Below, piece after piece: positions 23,107 through 34,442 of a stretch of 64,000 nucleotides of DNA. The stretch is from the NCBI RefSeq assembly GCF_964204645.1, contig NC_134035.1, positions 5,456,001-5,520,000 of the forward strand. The letters are read 5' to 3'. The notes under the pieces are model-generated. The model made no database searches. It saw only the letters and a program-made list of their open reading frames with translations, and had not been told where the DNA came from. The DNA comes from Tubulanus polymorphus. Lineage: Eukaryota > Animalia > Nemertea. A program made the translations under genes and the position numbers. The first letter of the stretch is position 1; each line of letters begins with the position of its first letter.

Positions 23107-26100
23107 TCAGAAACACCCTGGAATATGCGGAAGGTTGTCGATCGTCGCGTTGCCGAATCCCAAACCGTGGAGCATACTGTTACCGCTTTCAACGAGGGCC
23201 GTCCTATTCGGACACAAGATATCCCTGGTTTCCGGGAAGCCGACGATGAAACTCGTGTAGGCGCCGAAACAGAGAACCAACAACACGATGATAATGCTCA
23301 GACCTCTCAGGAAGAATATCTGTCGCCTGCTGGAACCGTCGTGCCGCGATGAATCGTTTTGTTGACTATAGTGAAGTTTGTACGACGGATCGCCCAGATG
23401 AGCCTCGCTGTAAGCCATATTATCGCGAGCGCCCTCGCACAGCAGCGGCTTCGTTTCGCCGATGGATTTCTCGAGTTCGTGTTCTAATGCCATGCGCTTT
23501 TCAACTCCGAGTCGATTCTGAGCCTGTAGAATATAAGATACGAAAAAAGATGTGTGAAAAAATGGTTGCCGTTTGGTGACGTTAGTTTTGGGAAGGGTTA
23601 ATTTCTCGTTAGCACATCGATATCAAATGAAATTTAAATCGACCAAAAAACTACATGGATCAGAAATTTCCAATATTCTCCCACGTGGATGTATGCTCTC
23701 AATGATGCGCACATGGTTAGTTTGATTGACGAAGTTATTCCAAGCAGATACACACACTCACCTCGAGTGACTCTTTCTCCCAGTTTGTGATGAAAACAAC
23801 GATCAATAAGAGAATCATGTTGACTGTAACTCCGACTGACATACCCCACCAGAATCCTGCAACCGAAATCATATCATTTACATATATTCTGATTCCCAAC
23901 AAAACGAGGCAAGAAAATATCGAATGATTATGACATTATACGTACCGACAGTTTTTAGCTCTGTGAGGAACAGTAGCGGAATACCGATAGGCATTCCGAC
24001 CAGATAGAATCCGATGAACACGGTTATAGCGCCGAAATGTTGTCGGCCACATCCTCGGATTATACCTCCACAAACGCACTGACAAAAGACAAATGAAATG
24101 CAACGTATAATACTCGATCAAGCTTATACATTCTGATGCTAGAATTGTTGAGTTGGAGGCACTCCACTACTTGCAGGTCAAGCTCTGAGAGTTAAATCTT
24201 AATTCACAACTGTGGAACTTGGTCCGGAAGATTAGTTGAACTTTTTAGATTTGATTTCGTCTTTAATACTTACGCCTATTCCATCCGTGACTTGATAAAT
24301 AGCAACTACCGGTAAAATGCTGGCCGTTATTTCAATAACAGTGCTGTAAATAAAACAAATATCCAGCATTCATTCATATGTTACGTCTCGTGTATACTTG
24401 TACTTATATGTAATCTCAGTATATACATCGGTATTGCGTTCGAAATACTGACCTGTCGTTAGAAAACACCTGTGGCAGGTAATTATTGAAAGCGATAAAG
24501 GCTCCGGCGACAACACTTCCACTCACGGCTGGAAATGAAAGAAAGAAATAGCATAATTCATTGTTCTATTTCATCTTCCATCTTGCACCGCCTAAGTTTA
24601 TTTACATTATTCATTCAGTACACCCTAAATGCTTCTCGCGTATTATACATGCAACTGGTATTTTCTGTAATGCAATGCTTCGCATACGGAGCCCCGAAAG
24701 ATGACATGGTATGAAATGAATATATTTTTGTTCACGTTGTTTGTTCACGAAAAGAATATGTGATTTTCATCATGTCACCTTCGGGCTCCGTATTTACATG
24801 ATAGATATGTTTATGAAAAAAAAAAACAAATACAAAAAGTTATTTTATTATTGTCTATCTTGTTTTTTAGAACTACTACGTTTACTAGCGACTTCGAGTC
24901 ACGCGTACTTACCGACAATGATAAGTCCCATCTTCGAGGCCCTTGATGCGTCTAGATGTTGACCACCGCCCAGCAGGGTTCCAACTCTGATACTACTGGC
25001 GTACGAAATACCCATCGACAACTGAAATGGATTACGATCAAATGTCAACCGATCAATGATATCATAGATCTATTTCTAAAAGATATGTCTAGTAAGCTAC
25101 GTACGTCGATTACGCACTTGACCTCGGGTAAGTGATATTTACGTTATTTAAAAATTTTAGATTTACCTGATACGACGCGGCTGTGATTTGGTGAATGATC
25201 GACATCGCTCCGAGGTCGACCTCGCTGATGGTTCCGGCCAGGAACATACCAATCTCGGCGCAAAAGAAATCCAAACACAACATCAACGTACCGGGGATCG
25301 CGTAACGAATGAACACGCCCCATTCTTCGAACGCTTCCCAAGACCAACCTGCAAAATCAAGCGACGCTGAACATATAATATGTGTTATGTGTCCATCGAA
25401 AATTGTTTTTAGAATCCCGATAAAAGCGTGAAGGCGCATTTCGCCTCAAGACGTACCTGACCAAGTTTCCTTATAGACCTTCCATATCATGATGTAAAGT
25501 AGGGACAAAACCATGAAAGTCGCGTGTGACAAAACTTGTGAAATAGCCGAACCACTGCAATTAAAACGATATGAATTGGGTAATCATTCTTTCCTTTTAA
25601 CGAGTAAACTTAAATAGAGAGATATAAAAGAAATAATCGTTGCACTTACTCAGGTCCCATGTCGAATTGGAATAGAAACAGATAATGACAGACTGCATTC
25701 ACCCCGTTTCCGATAAGACCGATCAGAATCAGCGGATAAACTATTCCTTGATTTTGCATATATTTCATCAGCACTTGAAATATGAAATTCGCCTGAAAAT
25801 ACATCAGAGAAATGGCTAATAAAAGATCAGTTTTGTAGTTATGGCCATAATAGTTGAAGACTTGATCCAGTAATTTTTGGTGTCAGAAGTAGAGTATTTT
25901 ATATGTTTAGGTAAACAATGGCTTGTCTAACAACATAAGATCAGTTAAGTTTCCAGGTTGAGGTACTTTACTTACCAATAGACCAGGCATGAACAGGATC
26001 AAGTAACGAGCCGTGATGGCGCAGACTTCCTCATTCTGACCGAGCAATCTCATCAGGGTTTCTGTATTCAGATGAATCGCCCAGCACGGGAAACACGCCA

Positions 26101-27967
26101 GAATCAGAATCCACAGAGCTTTAAAATCAGAAATAAGGTACAAAATGTTAGCATGGAAAAAGTGTCCGTGAGATGCGAACTGCGTAATTAGGTAGATGAG
26201 CAACATACCTCGTTGAACTAAAATTCCCAGTTTGCCCTTGTTTGAGCTTCCATAAGTTTGTGAGAAGAGTGTATCGCATGCAGTGGTCAATCCAGTACCG
26301 ATGGCTATACCGGTTACGTTGATTACCTGTAAATAGTAGTGGCATGTGTATAGATATTAGAGAGAAACTATGAAATCTAACAGACATGGATGTAGTTCTT
26401 GAATTCAATTAATGTCTCACAGACGAGTTAGGACTAACTACAGAAGACTTTAGGGTAACTACTGAGCGAAGTGAATGGATGAATTACCGTATTAGCCAAA
26501 GATACCGCGGCAAGATCCGTCGTTCCCAAATGTCCGCAAAATGCCACGCTTATCGGCATAATCAGGTACTGAAATATCGCGGTTAACGCCTGAAATCAAC
26601 AAAACGACATTTCTATCAACATTGAAAATAATGGTCGAAGTATTCCTTTTTTCTTCATCGGAGTCTTTTGAATTATATCGGACATTCGTCATTCTATTCG
26701 CTGGGCTGAATTTCGCATAAAGGATAAACTCAATTAAGAAGTTAATGCTTTGTATTCGCGAAACTGGGGTCCTAGACTTCCGTGCTTACCATAGGCCAGG
26801 CCAGTTTCAATAGGTGTTTGAACTCGACGGCGAACCATTTCGGGAGGCGCCTGTTTTTAGTCGGCGGTTCTTCCTCGGACGTCGGTGTTACATTTTCGAC
26901 CGTTCCGTAGTTATTCGACGTAACCAACTGTTTCTTCTCGATGTCATCCTACAAGAAAACGAATATCGTTCAACGTTCGGCGAATGTTGATTATGACGCC
27001 GGAATCGATTTTCCGAAGGCACGCTCGTCGAATTACGAGTCGTACCCTTCAAAAAGTAATCTAAAATTCGTATGTATCATTCCGAATATTTATTAGAAAT
27101 GATACTTTAGATCTGGTATTATTGATTTTAGTGTTGACGTTTTGTTTTTATACGTGACGACGCGTTCCCGATTATGGAAGCGCGTCATCAACTAGAAAGG
27201 GACGTAATGATGAAGAGAAAAGAAAAATGTTTAATAAAGCTGTGTGTTTGGCGTCCAGGGTGTATACCACTGCCCTGGACTGAACTTACGTAAAAAAATA
27301 AATGTTTTCGTACAGTGAAAAACCTATAAAAGAAAATAATCTGTAACCACACTGAGAATCGGCCAGCCATGAGGCTAGATTGTGTAAAATCTCCTCAAAA
27401 TGTTATAACGTATTGTGTTTCATAGTTCGGAGTCAAATTGAGTTCCGAATCGATTTCAAATATTGTGACTCTATCAGAGGGAAATCCTGCAATGAATTCA
27501 GTCAAAGATGAAAAGTTCTTGAAGTGTATATAGATATAAATTTCGAGCAAAGATTTCTTTAATATTAATCGAACACGGATATTGTGTACATTCTTGACTG
27601 CTCATCGGTTTTAAATCTATGATAAAGTCAAATGTTGGCCAAGCTCCGTTCAACTGGATCCTCGGTATAACCACCAACAACTACAAGCGTGACTATCATT
27701 TGAAAAAATATTCAGTAATTCGAACTACTCGGTAAGATGAGATAAAATGTTTGTTGTATCGAAACAAGTCGAAAGTTTCCGAAACTCGTGCGTGAGGAGC
27801 CAAACCGCAAATCTCAACCGGATAATATAGAAATAATGTTACGTTAGAATTGATAAGTATCTCAACTAAATACAATCGATGAAATGAATATGACTTACCC
27901 CGGAAAGATCGAGGCTGGTAGAATCTAACTTCTCGTACGAATAAACTTGAATTCGTGTCGAATCCAT
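23107..27967 (-). CDS. SLC47A1: Multidrug and toxin extrusion (MATE, SLC47A-like) transporter, 14 coding exons, about 637 aa
   Basis: Minus-strand exons 27967-27899, 26948-26790, 26589-26488, 26326-26209, 26118-25976, 25792-25650, 25554-25457, 25348-25167, 25021-24913, 24528-24453, 24343-24274, 24078-23946, 23856-23762, 23523-23107 (1914 nt, in frame). Motifs LKLAWP, FCGHLG..DLAAVSLA, GLTTACDTLFSQTYG, KYMQNQG, TWSGWS.EAF.EWG, IRVG..LG, GIIRGCGRQ, GFWWG, NWEKE and the animal-type 13th TM after RRQIFFLRG. The symbol marks the family, not proven orthology. Confidence 0.9.
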
Positions 27968-28609
27968 GTATTATTGATAGTTAGAGTGTGTGTGTATTAG
28001 GCTGCTAACACGTTGTCACCGGCTCTAAATCCGAAGGACTGAATGCGCCAGTACGAGATGGTCCGGCCGAATTTATACCAGATAAAACAGTCGACGTGTT
28101 TGGAAGTCGTCCAAAAATACCGTCGATTTCTACGCTGATGTCGTCATTGAGAGATAAGCCCTACCATTTGACCTGTTTCTCAAGTGCTCGCATACTTTTA
28201 GAGGAAAACCTGTCGTCTAAATAAAACCCGGTTTGGTCAAGGCCCTGGGCAGCGAGCCCACCAACTTGTAAAAGAAAAAAAAAACAAAAAAACAAAACAA
28301 AACAATATTATTAGCTTTTCCCATCAGCGATTTCATTTCAGCGAGTAATCGCTTTCGGTTTTGTGCAGAGCGCTACATGATATTTTGATGACCTTTAATG
28401 AACCGTTTTGGCGCTATATAAAAAGTAATTTCGATCTATTTGTTGATTACATTTTTAAATTATTGCCACTACGTGAGCGAGCAGTAAACCTGACGGTTTC
28501 TTGAGCGTGTTGAAAAATGAAAATACTATGTGGTATCACAAGACCTGATGAAGAAAATTGTCGAAAAGACTAGTGAGAATAAAATGCGTCGAAATTCTCA
28601 ATTTGATTC

Positions 28610-28890
28610 ATAATGATGATAATGATAATTTATTTGTTTATATAGCGCTATATTATATAAGATAATCATAGCGCTTTGCAATAGTAATACATGAAACCAC
28701 GAAATTATTAAAATACCCCATTGGAATTCAAGAACACAAGAATATAAAACAAGTTGTAGGAGACATTATACGATGGTTAAAGCCTTCCTAAAAGATATGT
28801 TTTGAAGTTTCGTTTAAAAGCGTCGACAGATGAGGGTTCCCGAATACTGGACGGTAAAATATCCGATAGTGCTGGGGGCAGTGAACTTAT
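28610..28890 (-). mobile_element. L2-type LINE 3' fragment
   Basis: Minus strand encodes decayed LPSSIR..SSVDAFKRNFKTYL, then the AAGCGC..AGCGCTATATAA motif and an (ATT/ATC)n tail. Confidence 0.55.
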
Positions 28891-29023
28891 TTCATGCAGG
28901 TCACATGATAGGTGATCGAGCAATACATTTTATGGTTTTGAGCATGTTGAAAAATGAAAATGAGAATATTATGTGAGATGTTCCAAGAGCTGCTGGAGGA
29001 AATAGGAAAATATAAAAAATCAG

Positions 29024-29132
29024 GACCCAGTTCTGCCAGTTGTGAGTTAGGATATGACTCAGAGTTAACTCATTGAAAATGAATTAATTTTAACGCAGAG
29101 TTTACAATAACTCACAACTGTGGAACTGAGCT
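29024..29132. mobile_element. Short palindromic MITE (family also at 47891-47998, partial at about 24120-24165)
   Basis: CAG|GACCCAGTTC..AGTTGTGAGTTA ... TAACTCACAACTGTGGAACTGAGCT; shared core CTCAGAGTTAACTC and CATTGAAAATGAA. Confidence 0.65.
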
Positions 29133-30035
29133 CGGTTAGAATTTAATGCATTAAACTTCTTAAATAAGTTTCTTAATTGAGCTTAATGAATACACGTCAC
29201 ATGATACTTTCTCATTGAAATAATGCAGATTATGGAAACTAGCGCGTCCATCGTGTATGAACAGTTCGCGAACTGCGACGAACCTACTCTAAATTGGCCT
29301 CCGTTCTCCTTCAGAATCATTTCGAAACAATGCCTTATCATACCTGACTAATGACGTATAACCTACTTATCGCTTATATCACTCTCGTTCCCCGCGTAAT
29401 TAAACTGGAACAACCCTGATAACTGCTCGCCATTTCTACTTCAAATTCTCCTTCAAATTCATTCGGCGAACCGCCCGCGACCGGTCTGAACCGGCGGATT
29501 CCTCCTTGATCAGTAGACCTAACCTCCTCGAAATTCTACTTCAATTTGTTTGCGCCAGCGGGACGAAATAATACAATACCCTTCGTCAAATATGCCCGTC
29601 TGCTTTTTGTTTTGAGACTGCACTGTTAATTTTGAAAGCTTTCCTTTTCGTTGGAATGCAGAAAAAAATACACGAACCGCCCTCCTCGGAGGTGAACTCC
29701 GATCCTCCGTAAGCGTGGAGCTACGAACCTCTTGGTATTTTTTTGCCGTGTTTTAAAAATCAACGGGGGAATTTTGAGTTAGAAATTCGAAGTCGATTTT
29801 TTTGTCCGTTATTTTCGAAAGGAATTGTCCGTATTGTGAATGTATAAATGATGCGCGACATGGATCACAGACGTGACAATAAGTCTGACTGGTTTGCGAA
29901 AAATATAAACGTTATATACAAATATACCTTTTAGTAATAGGTCAGCTACGTGTTTTCAATGCCAGGTCTTTTTTATTCAAACGTTCATAATAAAACCAGG
30001 TATTGGTTTTGGTTGTACTGGCGGCACGAGTTGTT

Positions 30036-32222
30036 ATGGCTTCCCAAGGAGTAAGTACAGTAGAGTATCATTCTCGTAGACCACATTGATTTTTAGTCTA
30101 GGAACGTGGTGTATGTATGCTTTATTTAAAAAAAACAGAAATTATTTTCTCTCCATCTGGTCGGCCGTAATGTAACTGTTCTGTATTTTGTATCCTAACT
30201 GTCTCAAGTAAAATAGATAATTTCCGAAGGTCCGAAATATTTAAAATGTTTTCACTTTATTCGAGTTTTAGCGACACTTTTATGTAGTAAAGGGTCAATT
30301 CACTAATAGGTATCTTTTGAAGTTTTTTTCAATCTAGAATAGATTTTGGTAAAATTCACCGATTTTGAGCGGTTTACCGGTGGTACCAAGTACTGGTCAA
30401 CCCGGCTGGCTAGCGTGTTCATCGTTCAACTCGGGGAACAACTCACAGACGGGATGGGAAACCTTTTCATTTTTAGGTGCCCCCTTTGTTTATTTTGGCA
30501 ACGGAAGGACCTGCTTTTCAAAAACCTGCCAAATTTCAAGTGCGTTTCCCTTTTTCATAACATGTTGACACAATAGCCATCGACCTCGAGGTCGTCTGAT
30601 AAGCGCTTGTACTGGTCATGTTCGATTCCATGTCGCGTGGCCAAATCAAATACAGATAACTTTTTAATGACTTTCGAATCTTGAGAACATGAAAGGCGCA
30701 AGTTCAGAAAGATTGTAAATGTATCAAAACTGTCTTCCTTTGATGATATTCTGGACTCCACACCATTAGAATTTGGCTATTTGAAAATGAACTTATTTTA
30801 ACTTTGGAGTCAAACTTAACAACTATGCAACAAATAAGGCATAAAGAAAACCGCAATATGGTAATTAACCATAGCAACATCAGCGCCCCCCCCCATAGGT
30901 GAATTAATGAGTACACCAGAGTGGCATCAGGTATTTTCATGAAATATGGGATCTAATCTATCGATTGACGTTGCCAACCATTATCAAAAAATGCCGTAAT
31001 ATCCCATTTTTGAACCTTCGGCAGGCCGACTACTCGATCCTTTGAAGTGGAATGCTACCTAATACTTCAAAAAGCGCGATAAAGGTTAACAGGTAGATTT
31101 TGCGCATTTATGAAAAAGGCCACCGTTAGAGAATATATTTGCATACTCAATGGCAATATTTATTTTTTATCTATCTATTTACTATAGTGACATGTACATC
31201 ATATATATAGATATAAATAGGTGATAAAGATACAGTACCTTGCCTTGATTTAGACTTAAAAGTAACTTGATATGAAATGATCACATACAATACCACGAAT
31301 ACATATAAAACGAATGTTTCTACAGAATTAATAGTTACGAAATTGGATTTAAAAAAAAAGGTTAATTTCTTTTTCTTGTTGCCCGTGAAGCAAATGAAAA
31401 GTTGGAAAGTAAAATTTGATGACTAGACATAATTCGTATAATAAATTGAAACTGTTTGTCAAGATTTACAAAGGAGAGTCTATATCTTAAACTATATTCA
31501 GTAAAACAGGTCGATAGTTTTTGAAATCGAGGACATTCCACGACAAAACGAAATTCACTTTCTACCTTGTTTTCGCTACAAAGTATGTATTCGTAGATAT
31601 TGTTATTTATCATTATTATTTACCATATTTAGCGCCGTATTAATATGTGTTACAATCACAGCTCTAAAGCACTTACAAAGCATATTTTAGTCATAAAACA
31701 TTAAAACATAGGTACAATGAAAGGTAACTATAGTTATGACAAAAGGCTTCGGTAAACATATACGTTTTGAGAGATTTTCTAAATTGATTAAAATCATTAA
31801 TATTGCGTAAACTATTAGGACTGGCATTCCACAATTTAGCACCAGCAACATTGATACGACTATCATTATCTTTTTTGCAGATTCTGATAGTTTTTGCGTT
31901 TCTGTTGGTGACATGCCAATGTTGCTTGGATAACGAGCACCTCGGTTGTCTAAAGAGCTGTAAACTCCGGACGCAATTCTGTAACCAGGAATGCGTCGGC
32001 AACGACTGTAACGACAAATGTATACGTTCCGCAGAAAGTTGCGCCACCGGTTGTAATGAACGAACCGATAAAGATCGTACAGACGCGACCGTTCTGATCG
32101 AGCGTTTACTAGAGAAACTGAGTCGAAGACGTCACAGCGAATCAACCGTTAAAATTTGGGATCCCGTCAAATTTCTTGTCGAGTTGCGACGACGGCGGCG
32201 ACAACCGGTAGACAAACGGTGA
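30036..32222 (+). CDS. Orphan secreted cysteine-rich precursor 1 (predicted disulfide-laddered helical hairpin), about 118 aa
   Basis: Main exon 31881-32222 after a strong acceptor (TTTTTTGCAG): signal h-region ILIVFAFLLVTCQC, core C-x3-C-x6-C-x3-C-x4-C-x3-C-x6-C-x3-C, tail with RRR, RRRRR and KR. First exon is tentative: 30036-30050 ATGGCTTCCCAAGGA|GTAAGT (MASQG, phase 0). ATTAAA at about 32295. Confidence 0.65.
31340..31600 (-). mobile_element. Decayed LINE ORF2 C-terminal zinc-knuckle fragment
   Basis: LCSENKVESEFRFVVECPRF resembles the C..C...EDE.HF...CP motif of non-LTR ORF2 ends. Confidence 0.45.
31606..31862 (-). mobile_element. L2-type LINE 3' fragment abutting the acceptor of Cys-rich gene 1
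   Basis: NVAGAKLWNASPNSLRNINDFNQFRKSLKTYMF is a typical L2 ORF2 C-terminus, followed by GTAAGTGCTTTAGAG...GCGCTAAAT and an (AAT)n tail. Confidence 0.7.
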
Positions 32223-33184
32223 ATGCGTCCGAAGATTGCAAGAAATGCGATTGTCAAACTAAAAAAAATCGAAATGTGAACAAAATTGCCACTCATTAAA
32301 GACAGAACGCATTCAATGTTTCAGCAATGATAAATCTAGATAAAGCGACCAACGGCCACTAGCCAACGAACGGGTTCTAGTTCAAAACAATGCTGTGCTG
32401 TAAGGTGGTAAAATCGGGCACCTGAATTAAGTCGAATCGGACGGAAAAAAACTGAATACAACATCGAGTGAGAAGAAACGAAATAGAACGCTATGAATGA
32501 TAGACAGTGTAGCAGAGAGAACTGACTCCTAACGCACCCGAAAAGAACCCCGCCGCTCTAAACAAACAGCTAGTGCTGAGAGGTCTTCATAAAGGAAACA
32601 TCGCGCGAATGAGTCGCGAAGTGCGTGGTCTTCTATCGCACTTATTCAAGTCTTAAAACCGCTCGCGAGGAAACATCGGCGCGCGGAATAGTCGGAATAA
32701 TTTAGAGCGATTTTATTCGCAAATGGAACGGAGAAACTTGCGATATCATTGTTAAGAATTATTCACTTCAAAATTGCCGACGTTATTGGAGACAATAAAA
32801 TTGTTATCTTTTACTACGATTTGCTTTATCTGGACGCTCACCGAGAGTCAAGAGTTCATATATGCTTGTATCCGTATAGGGTAATCATCAACAGAATTTA
32901 CATTGGAAAACTATTTTCATGTAAAACAGATTCATTTTGACCGCTTACTAATCAGATTTCCCCTCGTGAATGGCTGAAATCTGAATCTCGAAAGCAAGAA
33001 AAAAGAAAAACATCTAATCAAAATCAGCGATATTTCGAAGGAAATTACCCAGACTTAAATAGCTCGTGATATTTACTACATCGTCGATTCTTTGTTAGAC
33101 GCAGGCGCGTGGGTGGATAGGTGGAACCTGATATTTCAGACTATTAGCGTTATGAACAGTAGTCTTTACTGCCGTAATATTCAT

Positions 33185-33247
33185 ACCAGCGAAGAATGTA
33201 ATACCGGCGAATACTGTAATACCAGCGAATAATGTAATACCAGCGAT
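33185..33247. repeat. Short tandem repeat, 19-20-bp unit
   Basis: Four copies of (A)ATACC(A/G)GCGAA..(A/C)TGT. Confidence 0.7.
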
Positions 33248-33749
33248 GAACACACACAAAACTTCGAATTTTGCAACTAATTGCTCCCTGTAGTGAACAC
33301 GGTAGAATGTAAAATTGTAATTTTATCCTCGAATATATAACGCGAGTTGAATATGATATTGCCGGTGGCTAACATACGGGTCCTCTCGGTTGGCTCACAT
33401 TGGTCCACATCGGACACCGGGGCAGGTTGCAATAAGAAGTTACAAAGAAACATGTAGTTTTTTTAGGACGAGCTACGACATTTGCTGTATAACCTATAAG
33501 TCGCTGTTGCAACAGATGTGATGAAATATGTTTTTTTTTACCTGGGTTTATTGAGGGCCAGGTTATTGGAGACGAGAAAAGATACACAATATCCGTGTAT
33601 GACGAATAACGAGAGAAATCATCCCACAATAAATTCAGCCATGATGTCTAATAGTATTTAGCCGAAACGTTGCTCGAACCGTTGCTATTTGTTTTGGGAT
33701 TTCTCTCGTTGGCCAAGTTATTGTTTTCAACTAACGAAATAGCACCATT

Positions 33750-34029
33750 CCTCGCGCATAACTGTCCGACTGATACCCAGTTAGTAGAGCACTTGACTTG
33801 CGCATGATGGTTCACAAGTTCGCGTCCCGCGTTGGCACATATTTTGTTCGCCTGCGATAGTCCCCGGTGTCCACGGGTGCAGATTATCGAAGCTCACATG
33901 GTATCCACGGGCATGGGCATATGACATAATTTTCAAATGGTCCGACTGAATTCCGTGGCCAATAATTCGAAGAGTTCGAAGTTCTGGGCTAAAAGGAATC
34001 ACCCGCGGTTTCCACGGGTATTACTCTAG
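33750..34029 (+). mobile_element. Helitron-like element 3' end
   Basis: GC hairpin ACCCGCGGTTTCCACGGGT (34001-34019), then CTAG (34026-34029) before T; repeated CC(A/G)CGG motifs upstream. The 5' boundary is approximate. Confidence 0.5.
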
Positions 34030-34165
34030 TGATAATTAGCAGCGGGTTTTTACTGATTAAACCACGACTGAGTTAACCGCTATCAATGGTACGGATGTAT
34101 TACCGGCTCGACGGTATTTTCAGTCACGATGGTAATTTACGGGGGCGAAATATCGTATGATTCGC

Positions 34166-34171
34166 TATAAA
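34166..34171 (+). promoter_or_regulatory. Candidate TATA box of Cys-rich gene 2
   Basis: GCTATAAAT about 280 nt upstream of the ATG at 34443. Confidence 0.4.
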
Positions 34172-34442
34172 TCAAAAGCTATTCATATCGAATGCGGTTT
34201 CTTCTATTACCGCGAGTCATGATTCTCTTAAACGTCGTCTTGTTAAACTCCAGTTTACAACACCGCCTACTGTACAAACACGAGGCAAAGAATCTGCGAC
34301 TATATGTATCTGATGAAGGTGTTCATCATTTAGGCGTGGCGGCATTTCCATTTAGAATTTGCCATCGAAGCTATTTTCGCTTTTGACAACAGTTTGCACG
34401 AGGTTCTATTGTTCCACAGACTGAACACATCGGTTTATTGCG

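Noticed and set aside
28545-28572. CTGATGA...GAAA as another hammerhead
   Set aside because: Stem II is weak and there is no stem I/III or cleavage triplet.
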